A stretch of 64,000 bases of DNA from Octopus sinensis (taxonomy: Eukaryota). This document shows, piece after piece, positions 37,575-49,764 of the stretch. Positions within the stretch are counted from its first letter, which is position 1, and the number at the start of each line of letters is the position of its first letter. The stretch covers positions 73,718,001 to 73,782,000 of the forward strand of contig NC_043000.1 in assembly GCF_006345805.1 (NCBI RefSeq), in the 5' to 3' direction. The notes under the pieces are model-generated. The model did not search any database. It saw nothing but the letters and a program-made list of their open reading frames with translations, and was not told the origin of the DNA. Made by a program: the position numbers and the translations under genes.

Positions 37575-39485
37575 TGAAACATCATCATCCTTTAACGTCT
37601 GCTTTCCATGCTAGCATGGGTTGGACAATTTGACTGAGGACTGGTGAACCAGATGGCTGCACCAGGCTCTAATCTTGATCTGGCAGAGTTTCCACAGCTG
37701 AATGCCCTTCATAACGCCAACCACTTCGAGAGTGTAGTGGGTGCTTTTACGTGCACTGGCATGGGAGCCAGTCAGGTGGTACTGGCAATGACCTTTCTTG
37801 AATGTTTTTTCACTTGCCACCAGCACAAGATCTGGTAACGATCACGCTCGAATGGTGCCTTTTACATGCCACCAGCATGGAAGCCAGTTAGCCGCTCTGG
37901 CAATAATCATGCTCAGAGGGTGCTCTTAGCATCCCACTAGCACAGGGCACAAGTGCCAGTAAGATGATGCTGGTAACTATCACGCTCGAAAGGTGCCTTT
38001 TACGTGCTGCTGGCAGGGAAGCCAGTTATCCGCTCTGTCAATGATTATGCTCGGATAGTGTTCTTAGCACCCCTCTAGCACAGATGCTAGTCATTGAATT
38101 TGATTTCGATTTCACTTGCCTCGACAGGTCTTCGCAAACATAGTTTAGTGTGCAAAGAAGGAAAAGGAAAAGTGGGCTGGTTATGACCCTGACATAGGCC
38201 ATGAGGTTATAGTTTAATTTGGCTTGCTGAGTCTTCTCAAGCACAGCATATTTCCAAAAGTCTCGGTCACTAATCATTGCCTCGGTGAGGCCTAAAGTTC
38301 AAAAGTTGTGCTTCACCACTTCATCCCAGGTCTTCCTGGGTCTACCTCTTCCACAAGTTCCCTCAACCACTAGGGTGTGACACTATTTCACACAACTGTC
38401 CTCATCCATTCTTGCCACATGACCATACCAGTGCAGTTGTCTCTCTTGCACACCACATCTGATGCTTCTTAGGTCTAACTTTTCTCTCAAGGTACTTACA
38501 CTCTGTCGAGTATGCACACTGACATTACACATCCATCGGATCATACTTGCTTCATTCCTTGTGAGCTTACGCATGTCCTCAGCAGTCACGGCCCATGTTT
38601 CACTGCCATGTAGCATGGCTGTTCATACACATGCATCATACAGTCTGCCTTTTACTCTGAGCAAGAGGCCCTTTGTCACTAGCAGGCATAAGAGCTCTCT
38701 GAAATTTTCCCAGGATATTCTTATTCTTACAGCTACACTTTCAGTGCACCCTCCCCCGCTACTGACTTGGTCACCTAGGTAATGGAAGCTATCAACTACT
38801 TCTAGATTTTATCCCTGGAATGTGGCGGAAGTTGTTCTCTGCACATTTTCAGTAGTTATTGCTCCTGAGTATCTGCTACATACAAAAACTATCCTCCCAG
38901 TTAGCCTTCCTTTGATATTGCTGCACCTCTTATGTGTCCATAGCTTACACTAGGTACATCTTACAGAGTTTCTACCTATGCCTCTACTACAGATCGAGCA
39001 GGGTCATCTACCTGAAGGGATTTGTGGTTTGCCTGCCTTCCTACTTATTAGGACTTTGGTTTTAGTTAGGTTGACTCTAAGGTCCTTTGATTCTAATCCT
39101 TGTTTCCACATCTGAAACCTCTCCTCGAGTTCTGATAGTGACTCAGCCATTAGAGCAAGGTCGTTAGCATAGAGGAGCTCCCAGGGGCATCCTGTCTTGT
39201 ATTCCTCTGTTATTACCAGGAGGACTATGATAAATAGGAGGCAACGAAGGACTGAACCTTGGTGGATCCCTACCTCCACCCGGAATTCTTCACTGTACTC
39301 GTTGCCAACCCTCACCTTACTAACTGCATCCCTGTACATGGCTTGCACAGCTCTCACTAACCATACATCTATTCCTAGTTTCCTCATTGACCACCAGATA
39401 AAGGATCGGGGGGGGGGGACCCTGTCAAAGGCTTTCTCCATATCAACAAAAGCCAGGTACAGAGGTTTATCTTTGGCTAGGTATT
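37575..39485 (-). mobile_element. 5'-truncated RTE LINE with 3'UTR
   Basis: YLAKDKPLYLAFVDMEKAFDRV, LLYAND, PHD remnant, MLHGSETWAV, tail GCTAGCATGGAAAGCAGACGTTAAAGGATGATGATG. Confidence 0.9.
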
Positions 39486-39557
39486 TATAGTAAACATATA
39501 TAAAAATAAGCAATAATAAATCTCTGAACGAGATGTAAACAGTAACTGCTCAACAAC

Positions 39558-39847
39558 GTAAAGTATACTAGCCATCTCAATATGGCTAACCACTAAGGGT
39601 GGGTGTTACTGTAGCTTTTAGCCCCAGGAGATCATCGTCTCCAGCTGGCTTTAGGCACACTTTCTGTGCCCTTATGGTATTTGCAAAGGGAGGTTGATGA
39701 GAGAGGGATGACCTCCCTTTGCAAATACCATAAGGGCACAGAAAGTGTGCCTAAAGTCAGCTGGAGACGATGATCTCCTGGGGCTAAAAGCTACAGTAAC
39801 ACCCAACCTCAGTGGTTAGCCATATTGAGATGGCTAGTATACTTTAC
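39558..39847. repeat. Near-perfect palindrome (137-bp arms, 16-nt loop)
   Basis: 39558-39694 vs 39711-39847; flanked by direct repeat ACATATATAAAAATAA (39494-509, 39846-61). Confidence 0.9.
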
Positions 39848-40042
39848 ATATATAAAAATAAAAACCTTAAATTAAATTAAAGCACCACTCAATACATTTC
39901 AGTAAATTATAATATATTTTAACCAGGGAAAAGTTTACAGTTGCTTTAAAGTTTCAGCTTAGCAGTCTTCAGCAGACTGTCTGATGAAGACTACTAAGCT
40001 GAAACTTCAAAGCAACTTTTCATTGTACATACACACACAGAG

Positions 40043-40098
<56 letters not shown>

Positions 40099-40961
40099 CT
40101 CTCTCTCCCTCTCTCCCTCCCTCCCCTCTCTCTCTTTCAAACATACACACACACACTCACTCACAGAGGCATATGCACACACACATATACACAAACACAC
40201 AAAATAAGAGTTACAGAAGAGAGGGAGATGACTAAATGTAAGCAGATGTCAATGTAACAATGTATGCAGGCATAGATATTTTTATAATAACTATCTCTTA
40301 AATCAACTACAAAGTGTTTTTATAGGTCAATCGAAGAATTATGTGACAACATCTGTTTATTTACTGTTTATTGTCTGCACTGCTCCTCGAAACAAAAAAT
40401 CTATTGATGGTGAAGCAGATGAGAGAGAGAGAAAAAGAAAGGGGAGAGAGAAGTAACAGCAAGAGAGAAGAAAGAGAGAGGAGAGAGAGAGAGAGATGTG
40501 AAACAGACAGACAGGCACAAACACTGATGTGGGGAGAAAAAAGCTCAGGAGAAACTTCAAGTGTTTCTTTCAGGCAACACTTTTTTTTACTTTCATGTGT
40601 GTATGTATGTGTGAGTGTATATGTATGTATATACAGGTACATATGTGTACATATACATATACACATATGTACGTGTATATACATACATATACACTCACAT
40701 ATACATACGTGTATCTAGCTTTGTAAATATGGTTGTATGTGCGCATACATGTGTGCATGCATGCATGTGAATGCATGTCTGTCATTATTCTGTTTTATTT
40801 CAAGATTTCTTGCCAGTTGAGAAAGAGCTGGTTTTTAAGTTAGGTTCAAGATTCCTTCACTGGAATTCCAACATCAGCAAGGCATTTTTGCACTACATGT
40901 ATATATGCGCATTATTTGGAATCAGTGCATGTACAGCTTTGTATGTTTTGTTTTATGTATG

Positions 40962-41529
40962 TGTAGCGGTCTCTGATATCCTCACTGTTTGAGAGACACG
41001 GCAGGAATGATCTCGTTTGAGATTACAGCCATCTTTGGCCGAGTTGTTCCTGTTGTAACCACTCGCCCTCACCATATTAAAAGAATCCGCTCACCGATTG
41101 AGACCACGGCTCGACAATAATTCGCCCAACCGGTCTCCACCCGAGACACAACTTCTTGATATTGAACTCTTACATACCGTGTACCTCATGAACTGTAAAT
41201 CAATTTCCACCATTAACTCTATGCTCTGTACCTACTATGTCACACGCTTTCACCCTTATGGTATCTGTCACACACACGAACACACAGACACAAACACGTG
41301 TGCATGCACACACACACACACTTGCTAGCACTCACAACCTTCTAACATTAACACCATTGTAAATAAAATCTTGTCTTCTCTCAAACAGTGGAACGGCTTG
41401 TCAATTCATCTGTATTCTGTTGGCACTGCATTGTATAAATTGTATTTATGGCTTATCTTATTTCATTAGGGATATGACCGTGTGACTTACCTATGTCACC
41501 AACCTCCACATGCGGTCGTATTTCCTACA
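40962..41529 (+). mobile_element. Solo LTR (gypsy-like)
   Basis: TGTAG...CTACA termini, 4-bp TSD TATG (40958-61, 41530-33), AATAAA near 41363; flanks rejoin the R4 3'UTR seen uninterrupted near 36020. Confidence 0.8.
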
Positions 41530-42819
41530 TATGTATTCTCATGCATATAGTTGCTTGTTTAGATATGCTCATATATACTTAAATGATAAACTTCTGGAAA
41601 ATTTTACAGATTTTGACTGTTCCAGTGATGGCTTGGATCTGTAGTCTTTGAATCAGCTTTCACCTTTCTGGTTTTGAGTAGCCTAATTTCTCAAGATGGG
41701 TACTTAAGCAATTGTGTTACATATCCCAGTGCTCCCATAATTACTGGTATAAACCTGAGTAGGGTAACTGTAGATTTCTCAATAGTTCAGCATAAGTATT
41801 TTCTTTTTCATTCACCTTTAGCTTTATGTTAACATCTGCTGGGCAGCTGATTTCCACAGCTGTACACACTTTCTTTTCTCAATCCCAAATCACTATGTCA
41901 GGTCTATTATATTTACATTTGAGGTTAGGTTTTCACTGAGATATTCCACCAGTACTCCTTATTATGAATGGCTATGACTTCTACCATACTGTGAGTTTTT
42001 ATTTCTTTAGTCTCGGGGTTATCTTTCCAAAGGATCTCATTATACATTCTCAGCTATAATATCATGTCTTATCAGTAGATGATACCTTAACAAATGTTGT
42101 AACCAGGTCAAGGATGTTTTTCATCTCATGCATGTTCCTGGCCTATAGTTTCAAGTCATCTACAAAGAAACAGTGCGTAATTTTGGTATTTCTTGTGAAC
42201 CAGTGAGATACCATTCAGACTTCCTTTACAAGAATGGCAAGGGGTTTACAGAAAGTATGAATAGCATCACAGAGAGACTGTCCACTTTTATTTTGAAATA
42301 CTGTATTCTATCAGTAATAATACAATCATTCCTTGTATTTAACTTCAAGATAGTGGCCTACAATGAAGTCAGGTCAGCTATGGCTTTGACTACGCTCACT
42401 GGAACTTTAAAAGTCTTCATTTCACACTAGATTTTCCTCCAGAAGGAATTTGTCTGATCATGAAGGATGTTTACTGTTTCTCCTCTCATGTCTCTGTACA
42501 CTGCTGTCTGGTTCTGGTTAGATCTTTTGTTTATTGTTTTTCTTTTGGTTTCTCACAAACAGAGTTTCTCACTAACTGCTTTCAGCTGCTGCTTCAGGGT
42601 GATTAGTTTGCAATTGAGCATTCCCTTTTTGTTATCTCCAAACATCACTTTTATCTTCAATTTTTATTGGTGAGACATATAGGGATTTGCTTATTTGAAA
42701 GCAATAAGCATTGCTACATGGTTGGTGATCTTCCATAGATCAGCTATCTTTTTCTCTGTCTTCAAAACCCATGATGGTACTTCCTTAATTGTTTTGGTTT
42801 TGTTTACTTTTGGAGTGTA

Positions 42820-43778
42820 CAGCAAAGCTGGGATCTTTTCCTTTTGATGGACGGAATTTTCTAGTTAACTAAACAATTTGAAACTTCGTATACTTGTAGA
42901 ATGTGTCAAAAGAAAACATTATTGTAAACAAAATTGTAATTTGTAAGTTTAACATAGTTTAATTCTACGAATTTTAACCAATGAAATCACAGCATTTGAG
43001 CTCAAATCATTTGTTGCGTCTAAAAACTCACACACACACGTCTTATTCATCCTTTCTCTCTTCTGTCTTCTGTCTTCTGCATGTGCTAGAAATAACAGCT
43101 ATATCTCTTAAATCGATGAATTTCGTCGCCCAATAAAAATATTAACGATATTTTTTTAATATTTTCTTTATTTTTTTTTACCGGAAAGGCTTCTCCCATG
43201 GTTTTGAAGGGCCAGAAACAACAAAAACAAAACAATAATATGCCTAAAGCGGTCTAGAGTTTGCGCGTGGAGTGTGAGTCGTATTGTAAAAATTTGCGAA
43301 ATATTTTTTCAGAAAAGGATGCCCCAGCTTGTCGGAAGCTGTGATATAAATTGGGAAAAAAATCCTTGACACCAGTGCGTAATTGGTACTTAATTTATCG
43401 ACCCCGAAACGATGAAACATTGACCCCCCCTCTTCTGGTTTATTTACCTTTTGTGTAAATTTGTTGCGGCAAGGGGCAATTCACGAACGTGTATGTATGC
43501 TTGTGTGCATATGTGTGTGTATGTATATGTCCGTTTGTATGTGTGTGTACGCTTATATATTAATTACTATGTGCTTGTGCAAATGTATATGCATGTGTTT
43601 GAGAGAGAGAGAGAGGGGGAGAGAGTGACAGAGAGTGTGTGTGTGTATGTGCAAGTGTACGTGTGTATGTATCTGAATATGTGTGTGTGTGTGTGTGTGC
43701 AAGTGTACGTGTGTATGCATCTGAATATATGTGTGTGTGTGTGTGTGTGTGTGCAAGTGTACGTGTGTATGCATCTGA

Positions 43779-43812
<34 letters not shown>

Positions 43813-44092
43813 GGCATGCGTCAGCTATGTTTCTTTATCAATATCGATAACGCAGCAAATGATTTGAGCTCAAATGCTCGGATTTCATTGGTTAAAATTC
43901 GAAGATGCTGGGATTTTATTGGTTAAAATTCCAAGAATTAAACTACGTTAAACTTACAAATTACAATTTTGTTTTCAACTTTGTTTACAATAATGTTTTC
44001 TTTTGACACATTCTACCAGTATACGAAGTTTCAAATTTTTTAGTTAACTAGAAAATTCCGTCCATCAATAGGAAAAGATCCCAGCTTTGCAG
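42820..44092. mobile_element. Tc1/mariner-type MITE with ~200-bp TIRs
   Basis: TA|CAGCAAAGCTGGGATCTTTTCC ... GGAAAAGATCCCAGCTTTGCAG|TA. Confidence 0.8.
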
Positions 44093-44868
44093 TAATAGAC
44101 GGGTGCCAATCTGCCAGAATGAGAATTCATTACACTACTGTAAATACTCCTCTCCAATTTCATTTGCAGCTTTTAATACCATGTCTGTTGGTCTTTTGCT
44201 TACTACTCTTTCTTCAAGAGAGTAATTCAAACCAAAGTTATTTTCTCTTGAAAAATTTTATTAAGAGCATAGTTCACCAATATATAACTCTGACTACTAC
44301 TACTACTACTACTACTACTATGATCACTGCGGTTTGTGCCTGTTAGTTACCATAGAGGGCTTTAACCTGTAATGTAGTTTGAATGGCTGGCAGTATAGTA
44401 ACTGTTGGAATGTCACTAACTGTGAAAGCACATGGTGTTTTAACATCATTTGGGAAAAGGTTAATTTCAGTTACATTCACTAACGTTCTTCCTATGTTCT
44501 ACAAATGTTGCTTGTTAACATAATTGTTTCGCAGTAAAATGATTTAGTTCTGGATGCAGATCTTCCCAGTATGATTTCAATCTGTTCATACATCCAAGGC
44601 AGAGTTTTGTTTCACTCTTTTACAAAAGTATTTTATTTTATAAACCAGTATTTAATTAATAACTCCAAGAGGATTATGTTTTGCAGTTACTGTTTCTTCT
44701 ATAATTACAGGTAGAAAGATTCTGTTTTCCTGTTGAGTTGCTGTTTTGTACTGTTCCTCTGTTGTGTTGTTGATGTTGCCTTGTCCAGTCATGCTGTTTG
44801 TAACAACTCACTCTCTGCATGGTAAAGTCGAATTTCAGTTGTAAATCACTATGATCTTGAATTAAAGA

Positions 44869-45810
44869 TCTATCTCTTTGTTACCTTTAGTGGTATAACT
44901 ACAGATTTCTGCCCCCCCCCACCTCAATTTGGATGATCATAACTTTCAGAAAAATGGATGTTTTTAATGAAATTTTTTCCGAATGTGTGTTATATCATTT
45001 AGATTCCGAATATATAAAATTTTGAGGGAAAAGTGTTTTAGGAGGAGGTGGTGTAGGGAATCTGAAGACTAACTACTTATTTAGCAGAGCTGATAGTTGT
45101 GTCTTCAAAGTTGGAGATAGTATTCATCATATTTATGATAGTCACCCACACCAAATACGCAACTTATTGCTTCACATGTGATATGTACATATGTCAGTTT
45201 GTTTGTGTAACAAATAGCATCCAAATTTCTAAGTCAGGTCCTGAAACTGAATCTACATTTTCCTACAAATCTCTTCCTATTGTTCTCACCTGTTGCACTG
45301 GGAAATTTTTTCAAGCCATACATGGGTCAAAGCTGATACAGAGGAAAAATCCTTTATCTAGCCTGACCTAATTTAGTTAGAGAAAATATAAATACGCAAA
45401 CAAAAATCAGCTCTATCTCTTTGTTACCTTTAGTGGTATAACTACAGATTTCTGCCCCCCCCCCCACCTCAATTTGGATGATCATAACTTTCAGAAAAAT
45501 GGATGTTTTTAATGAAATTTTTTCCGAATGTGTGTTATATCATTTAGATTCCGAATATATAAAATTTTGAGGGAAAAGTGTTTTAGGAGGAGGTGGTGTA
45601 GGGAATTTTGGAAAATTCACCAGAGTTCAGTTCAATTCGTCATAACTTTCAAGAAAATAGATATTTTTTAATGAAATTTTCTACAAATAAACCTCGGACT
45701 AAGTAGATTCCGAGTCCATAGGAATTTGGGGGGAAACAATCGAGGGCTATTTTTGAGAACTGTTCTCCACTCGGGGGTGTTTCGGAATAAGTCGTCCATA
45801 TTTGTTTCAT
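44869..45810. repeat. ~190-bp direct repeat pair of a Helentron-like family
   Basis: 44869-45061 is nearly identical to 45413-45605; related copy at 60296-60650. Confidence 0.75.
45290..45332 (-). CDS. Candidate host exon (43 nt)
   Basis: tttttcctctgtatcag|CTTTGAC...GCAACAG|gtgaga; one open frame xLTHVWLEKISQCN(R). Confidence 0.4.
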
Positions 45811-45947
45811 ATCTCCGTTTCGTGTGTTTGTGCATCTGTAGATTTCTACTGAAGCAGCAGGCAATGAAAGCAAATGAAGCTGTCACTAGAAAACTCGTTA
45901 TGCTAAAAATACCAGCTAAAGGTCTAAACGTTTCTAACAGAAAGGGG

Positions 45948-46647
45948 ATCTTTTCGGTTTGAACGGCAGTTTTTAACATAATTTCTAGGTAACTAAAAAA
46001 ATTTTAACTTCGTATACTGGTAGAATGTGTTTATAAAACATCGTTTTCTCTTGGCTTTATTGAGAAAATTCTATAGTTTGTAAGATATTTGTTGTTTTTT
46101 TTCTTCAATTTCTGCAATTTCAACCAATCAATTACGTCCATTGGGGTAATAAACATTCTGTGCCGTATGAATATGTCCCTCGTTTAAGAAACAGATTGGG
46201 TTTATTTACATTTGTGAAGAAAAAAAAGATACCCGTCAAAAAACGGCAGTTTTTTCTAGCGGTGTCATGAAATTGTCACCCATAATTATGACCCTAGAAT
46301 CGATCTATTGCATTTCAATCTATTTTAGATTTAGGGTTAGTTAGGGTTAGGGATGGGGGAAGGGTATCTTTTTTTCTTCACAAATGTAAATAAACCCAAT
46401 CTGTTTCTTAAACGAGGGACATATTCATACAGCACAGAATGCTTTTTAACTCAATAGACGCCAGTGATTGGTTGAAATTGCAGAAATTGAAGAAATTAAA
46501 GACCAAATATCTTACAAACCATAGAGTTTTCTTTATAAAGCCAAGAGAAAAAGATGTTTTATAAACACATTCTACCAGTATACGAAGTTTAAAATTTTTT
46601 AGTTACCTAGAAATTATGTTAAAAACTGCCGTTCAAACCGAAAAGAT
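45948..46647. mobile_element. Foldback element with TTAGGG spacer
   Basis: Arms 45948-46234 and 46362-46647; TTAGGGTTAGTTAGGGTTAGGG at 46331-46352; termini related to 42820-44092 and 59450-59676. Confidence 0.8.
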
Positions 46648-46691
46648 GCCAGAAAGGCATTGAATGGAATAATTCCCCGTTTGAACTTTTT

Positions 46692-46734
<43 letters not shown>

Positions 46735-47589
46735 TGTGTGTGTGTGAAGACACTGAGAATAACCATGACACCCCTTTATGCTTTTTTCTCTCTCCATTTT
46801 GACAGGGATTTTTCTTATTTTATTTTTCACTTACGCCTTCGAGGTGATGTGGTGATCGTGGGAGATATTTTATGAAAAACTTTTTTTGAAATTTATGATT
46901 TTTTTTCACCTCAACCCCACGCACTTAAAACTCATGAGAGAAGCCTTTTCGGTACTCCTTTAAATCACACACATGTGAAAATACATTTTTTCTAACCGTA
47001 AAGGCTTCTCCCATTGTTTTTAAGAGCGTACTACAGAAAAAAAAAAAGATTGGCTGAAATCGGTCCGGATGGGGTTAAAGAGGAGAAGGGAGGGAGGTGA
47101 GAAAAATTTAGGCCGTGGTGAAAAAGAAATTCGAAAAATCACCATCAAAACGGAGGTTTCTGATCCGAAACTCAGCCAATACTGAAATTAGTCATTACTC
47201 ATTTTGCCCCAATTTAGACATAACTTTTTGAAAATGGAAGATTATGAAATTAGACATTAGTGTGGGTAAAAAATTAACATAGGATCCAACAGAGAAAAGG
47301 ATATTAATTGTTAAACACCAAAAATTATCCAGATACTTGATTTGCAAATTCAATTACAATCGAGTCCAAGTTAGGGAAAAATTTCTTGGAAGAAAAGTAC
47401 CTGTCACACTCCCTATAGTAATTTCAAATGTTTGACGAATTGGAATGGTACAAAATGACGAAAAATATAGGCAGAAGAAAGAAAGAAAAAGTTTCGATTT
47501 AATGAAAAACTAAAGCTAAATTCAAAATTTACATTTAAGAACATTTCTTACTTGTTCATTCGTTCATAAAGACCAGTAAAGTATGGTCA

Positions 47590-48245
47590 GTTGGGCATCG
47601 TCTGTGAGAGAAACAGCACCATCAGGAAATTCAACTGTGCAATCTGAGAACATGTACTAAGAGTGATAAAAATCAAATATCCAGTCAACATCATAGTGTT
47701 TGGAGTATTCACAAGTGATGGCGATGTTATGCTTCCATTCATCTTTCCACACAGCCTCAGACTCAACACGGAGGCCTACAAGTGTCTGGAGGAGGTAGTG
47801 TTGCCATAGATGAAGAAGGTGGCTGCTGGGAGACCCTATATCTGACAAGAGGACTCTGCACCATGCCACACAAGCAGGAGAACCCATCATAGTTGTCAGA
47901 AAATTTCTGCAACCACATCATCCCTAACATCTGGCCACCTAACTCCCTAGACTGCAACCCCTTGATTATTATGTGTGGGGCACAGTTGAGCAAGAGACCA
48001 ACAAAACTCCTTGTAGCACCAAAGATGGACTGAAGACAAGGATTATGGCAGCATTCACCAACTTATGTTCAGAAGAGTTGCAGAAGATTCCAAAGTCGTC
48101 TGGAGACCGTGGTTGAAGCCAATGGCGATTTTATTGAATGAGTTTACTCTTCAGTATTTCAAGATATTTTTATGTAAGTTTGGTTGATACATTTGTTAAA
48201 ATGAGATGTAACTGCTACTTTAATTTTTGCGTAATTTTATACGAC
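47590..48245 (+). mobile_element. Tc1/mariner (maT-like) transposase C-terminal remnant
   Basis: WPPNSLDCNPLDYYVWGTVEQETN..RLETVVEANGDFIE. Confidence 0.75.
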
Positions 48246-48650
48246 AGTGTATTCATCGCAAGCTGTATGTGTGTATGTGTTTGTGTGTGTGTGTGTATGT
48301 ATATATTATATTAATAACTATATACATAATTATAGCAAGGGATTGGCAATACGCCTCTCCACGTACTGAGATGCCAAATGGCACTAAAACCACATTAAAC
48401 ATTCTAAAAACACAGGTTGTAGTTGAGTAAGAGAAAGATTTAATATTAAACTTTTGGTTAATCACGTATAAAATCTCATTTCAAGCTAAAGACAAAGAAT
48501 ATGTCTACTGCTATCATCAGCGTCGATATTCTGTTGTATAAATGTACAAGTATCTAGACATACCTATACGAGCAGCGTATTTTATTTTCGTGCTGACCTC
48601 CTGATAAAATCATGAATGATTTTATTCTTCATTATACAATATATTTATAT

Positions 48651-48734
<84 letters not shown>

Positions 48735-48740
<6 letters not shown>

Positions 48741-49333
48741 AATATGTTACATTACTCGGTAGTCAAGATAAAACTCTGAGTTTCAGATGCCGAAGTGGAA
48801 ATCTACAACACCATCTCATCGGTTATCTGGCTATTTGAAAACGCTAGGAAAAAATACCGTTAAATAAAGGGAAATTACTCTGTTATAACTCTGTTTGCCT
48901 GCGTACTTATACATCGCTCGCATTTTTCGTCATAAAAATTATATAAAAATACATAAAAAATATATAAAAATATATAAAAAATATATAAATTCTTCTTGGG
49001 ACATAACATAGAAAGCATGTTCTATCTGCTTTCTTTAGGGGACCAAAAACGTAACAGAAATTTAGTCGCATGTGGGCATGATCCGAAAAGCTCTGTCCTT
49101 GTATTTAGACATGTAGTAGGGTCTAAGCTGCTTTTCCAGATAAGCCATCTCTCCATGTCGCATAGACCGCACCTTCCGCTGCCGTTGGTATAGGGCTTAC
49201 ATCTGGCCAAAATCTTCCATTGTATGTTATAATCGACACCTTTATCTCTTAAAGACCAAATATGATTAGATAATTGTGTCACTTTTCTTTTGTTCCAGTG
49301 CCTAAAGCTCAAAGTGTGGTTATTGAACCTGGC
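48735..49333 (-). mobile_element. Inverted 5'-truncated copy (pLTR) of Penelope-like element
   Basis: Reverse complement of ~51590-52195; ORF 49022-49312 is the GIY-YIG C-terminus. Confidence 0.9.
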
Positions 49334-49494
49334 CTTGAAATTTTTTAATATATTTTTATATATTTTTTATGTATTTTTATATAATTTTTATGACGAAAAA
49401 TGCGAGCGATGTATAAGTACGCAGGCAAACAGAGTTATAACAGAGTAATTTCCCTTTATTTAACGGTATTTTTTCCTAGCATTTTCAAATAGCC

Positions 49495-49557
49495 AGATAA
49501 CCGATGAGATGGTGTTGTGGATTTCCACTTCGGCATCTGAAACTCAGAGTTTTATCT
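49495..49557 (+). ncRNA. Candidate variant type-I minimal hammerhead ribozyme (copies at 52087-52149 + and 48766-48828 -)
   Basis: Stem I AGAUAA/UUAUCU, core CCGAUGA, stem II GAUG..CAUC, extra U, GAAAC, palindromic ACUC-A-GAGU, GUU triplet. Confidence 0.45.
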
Positions 49558-49764
49558 TGACTACCGAGTAATGTAACATATTATTGTATAGATAAATTTC
49601 CTCTATTTACATAATATTGAGGTCTCTTTCTTTCTTTTGTTATCTTACCGTTTTATCAATAAATCACCTCCCGGACGACGTTATTCTCAACTAAGAGCTA
49701 ATACGGCCTTTTTGGATTATCGCTTAACATCGGTTGAGGACTCTTACACACAGAAGAATTCAAT

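Larger units (their letters stand above)
40780..44800 (-). mobile_element. Decayed R4/Dong-like RLE LINE carrying two nested insertions
   Basis: GDSLSVMLFILSVNPL, ITHCFFVDDLKL, RLE NRPDIVIWD..EISCPADVN..IPVIMGALG; 3'UTR also present at ~35870-36150. Confidence 0.7.

Noticed and set aside
45160-45243. Second minus-strand acceptor just downstream of the 43-nt exon
   Set aside because: The implied intron is under 50 nt and every frame stops early.
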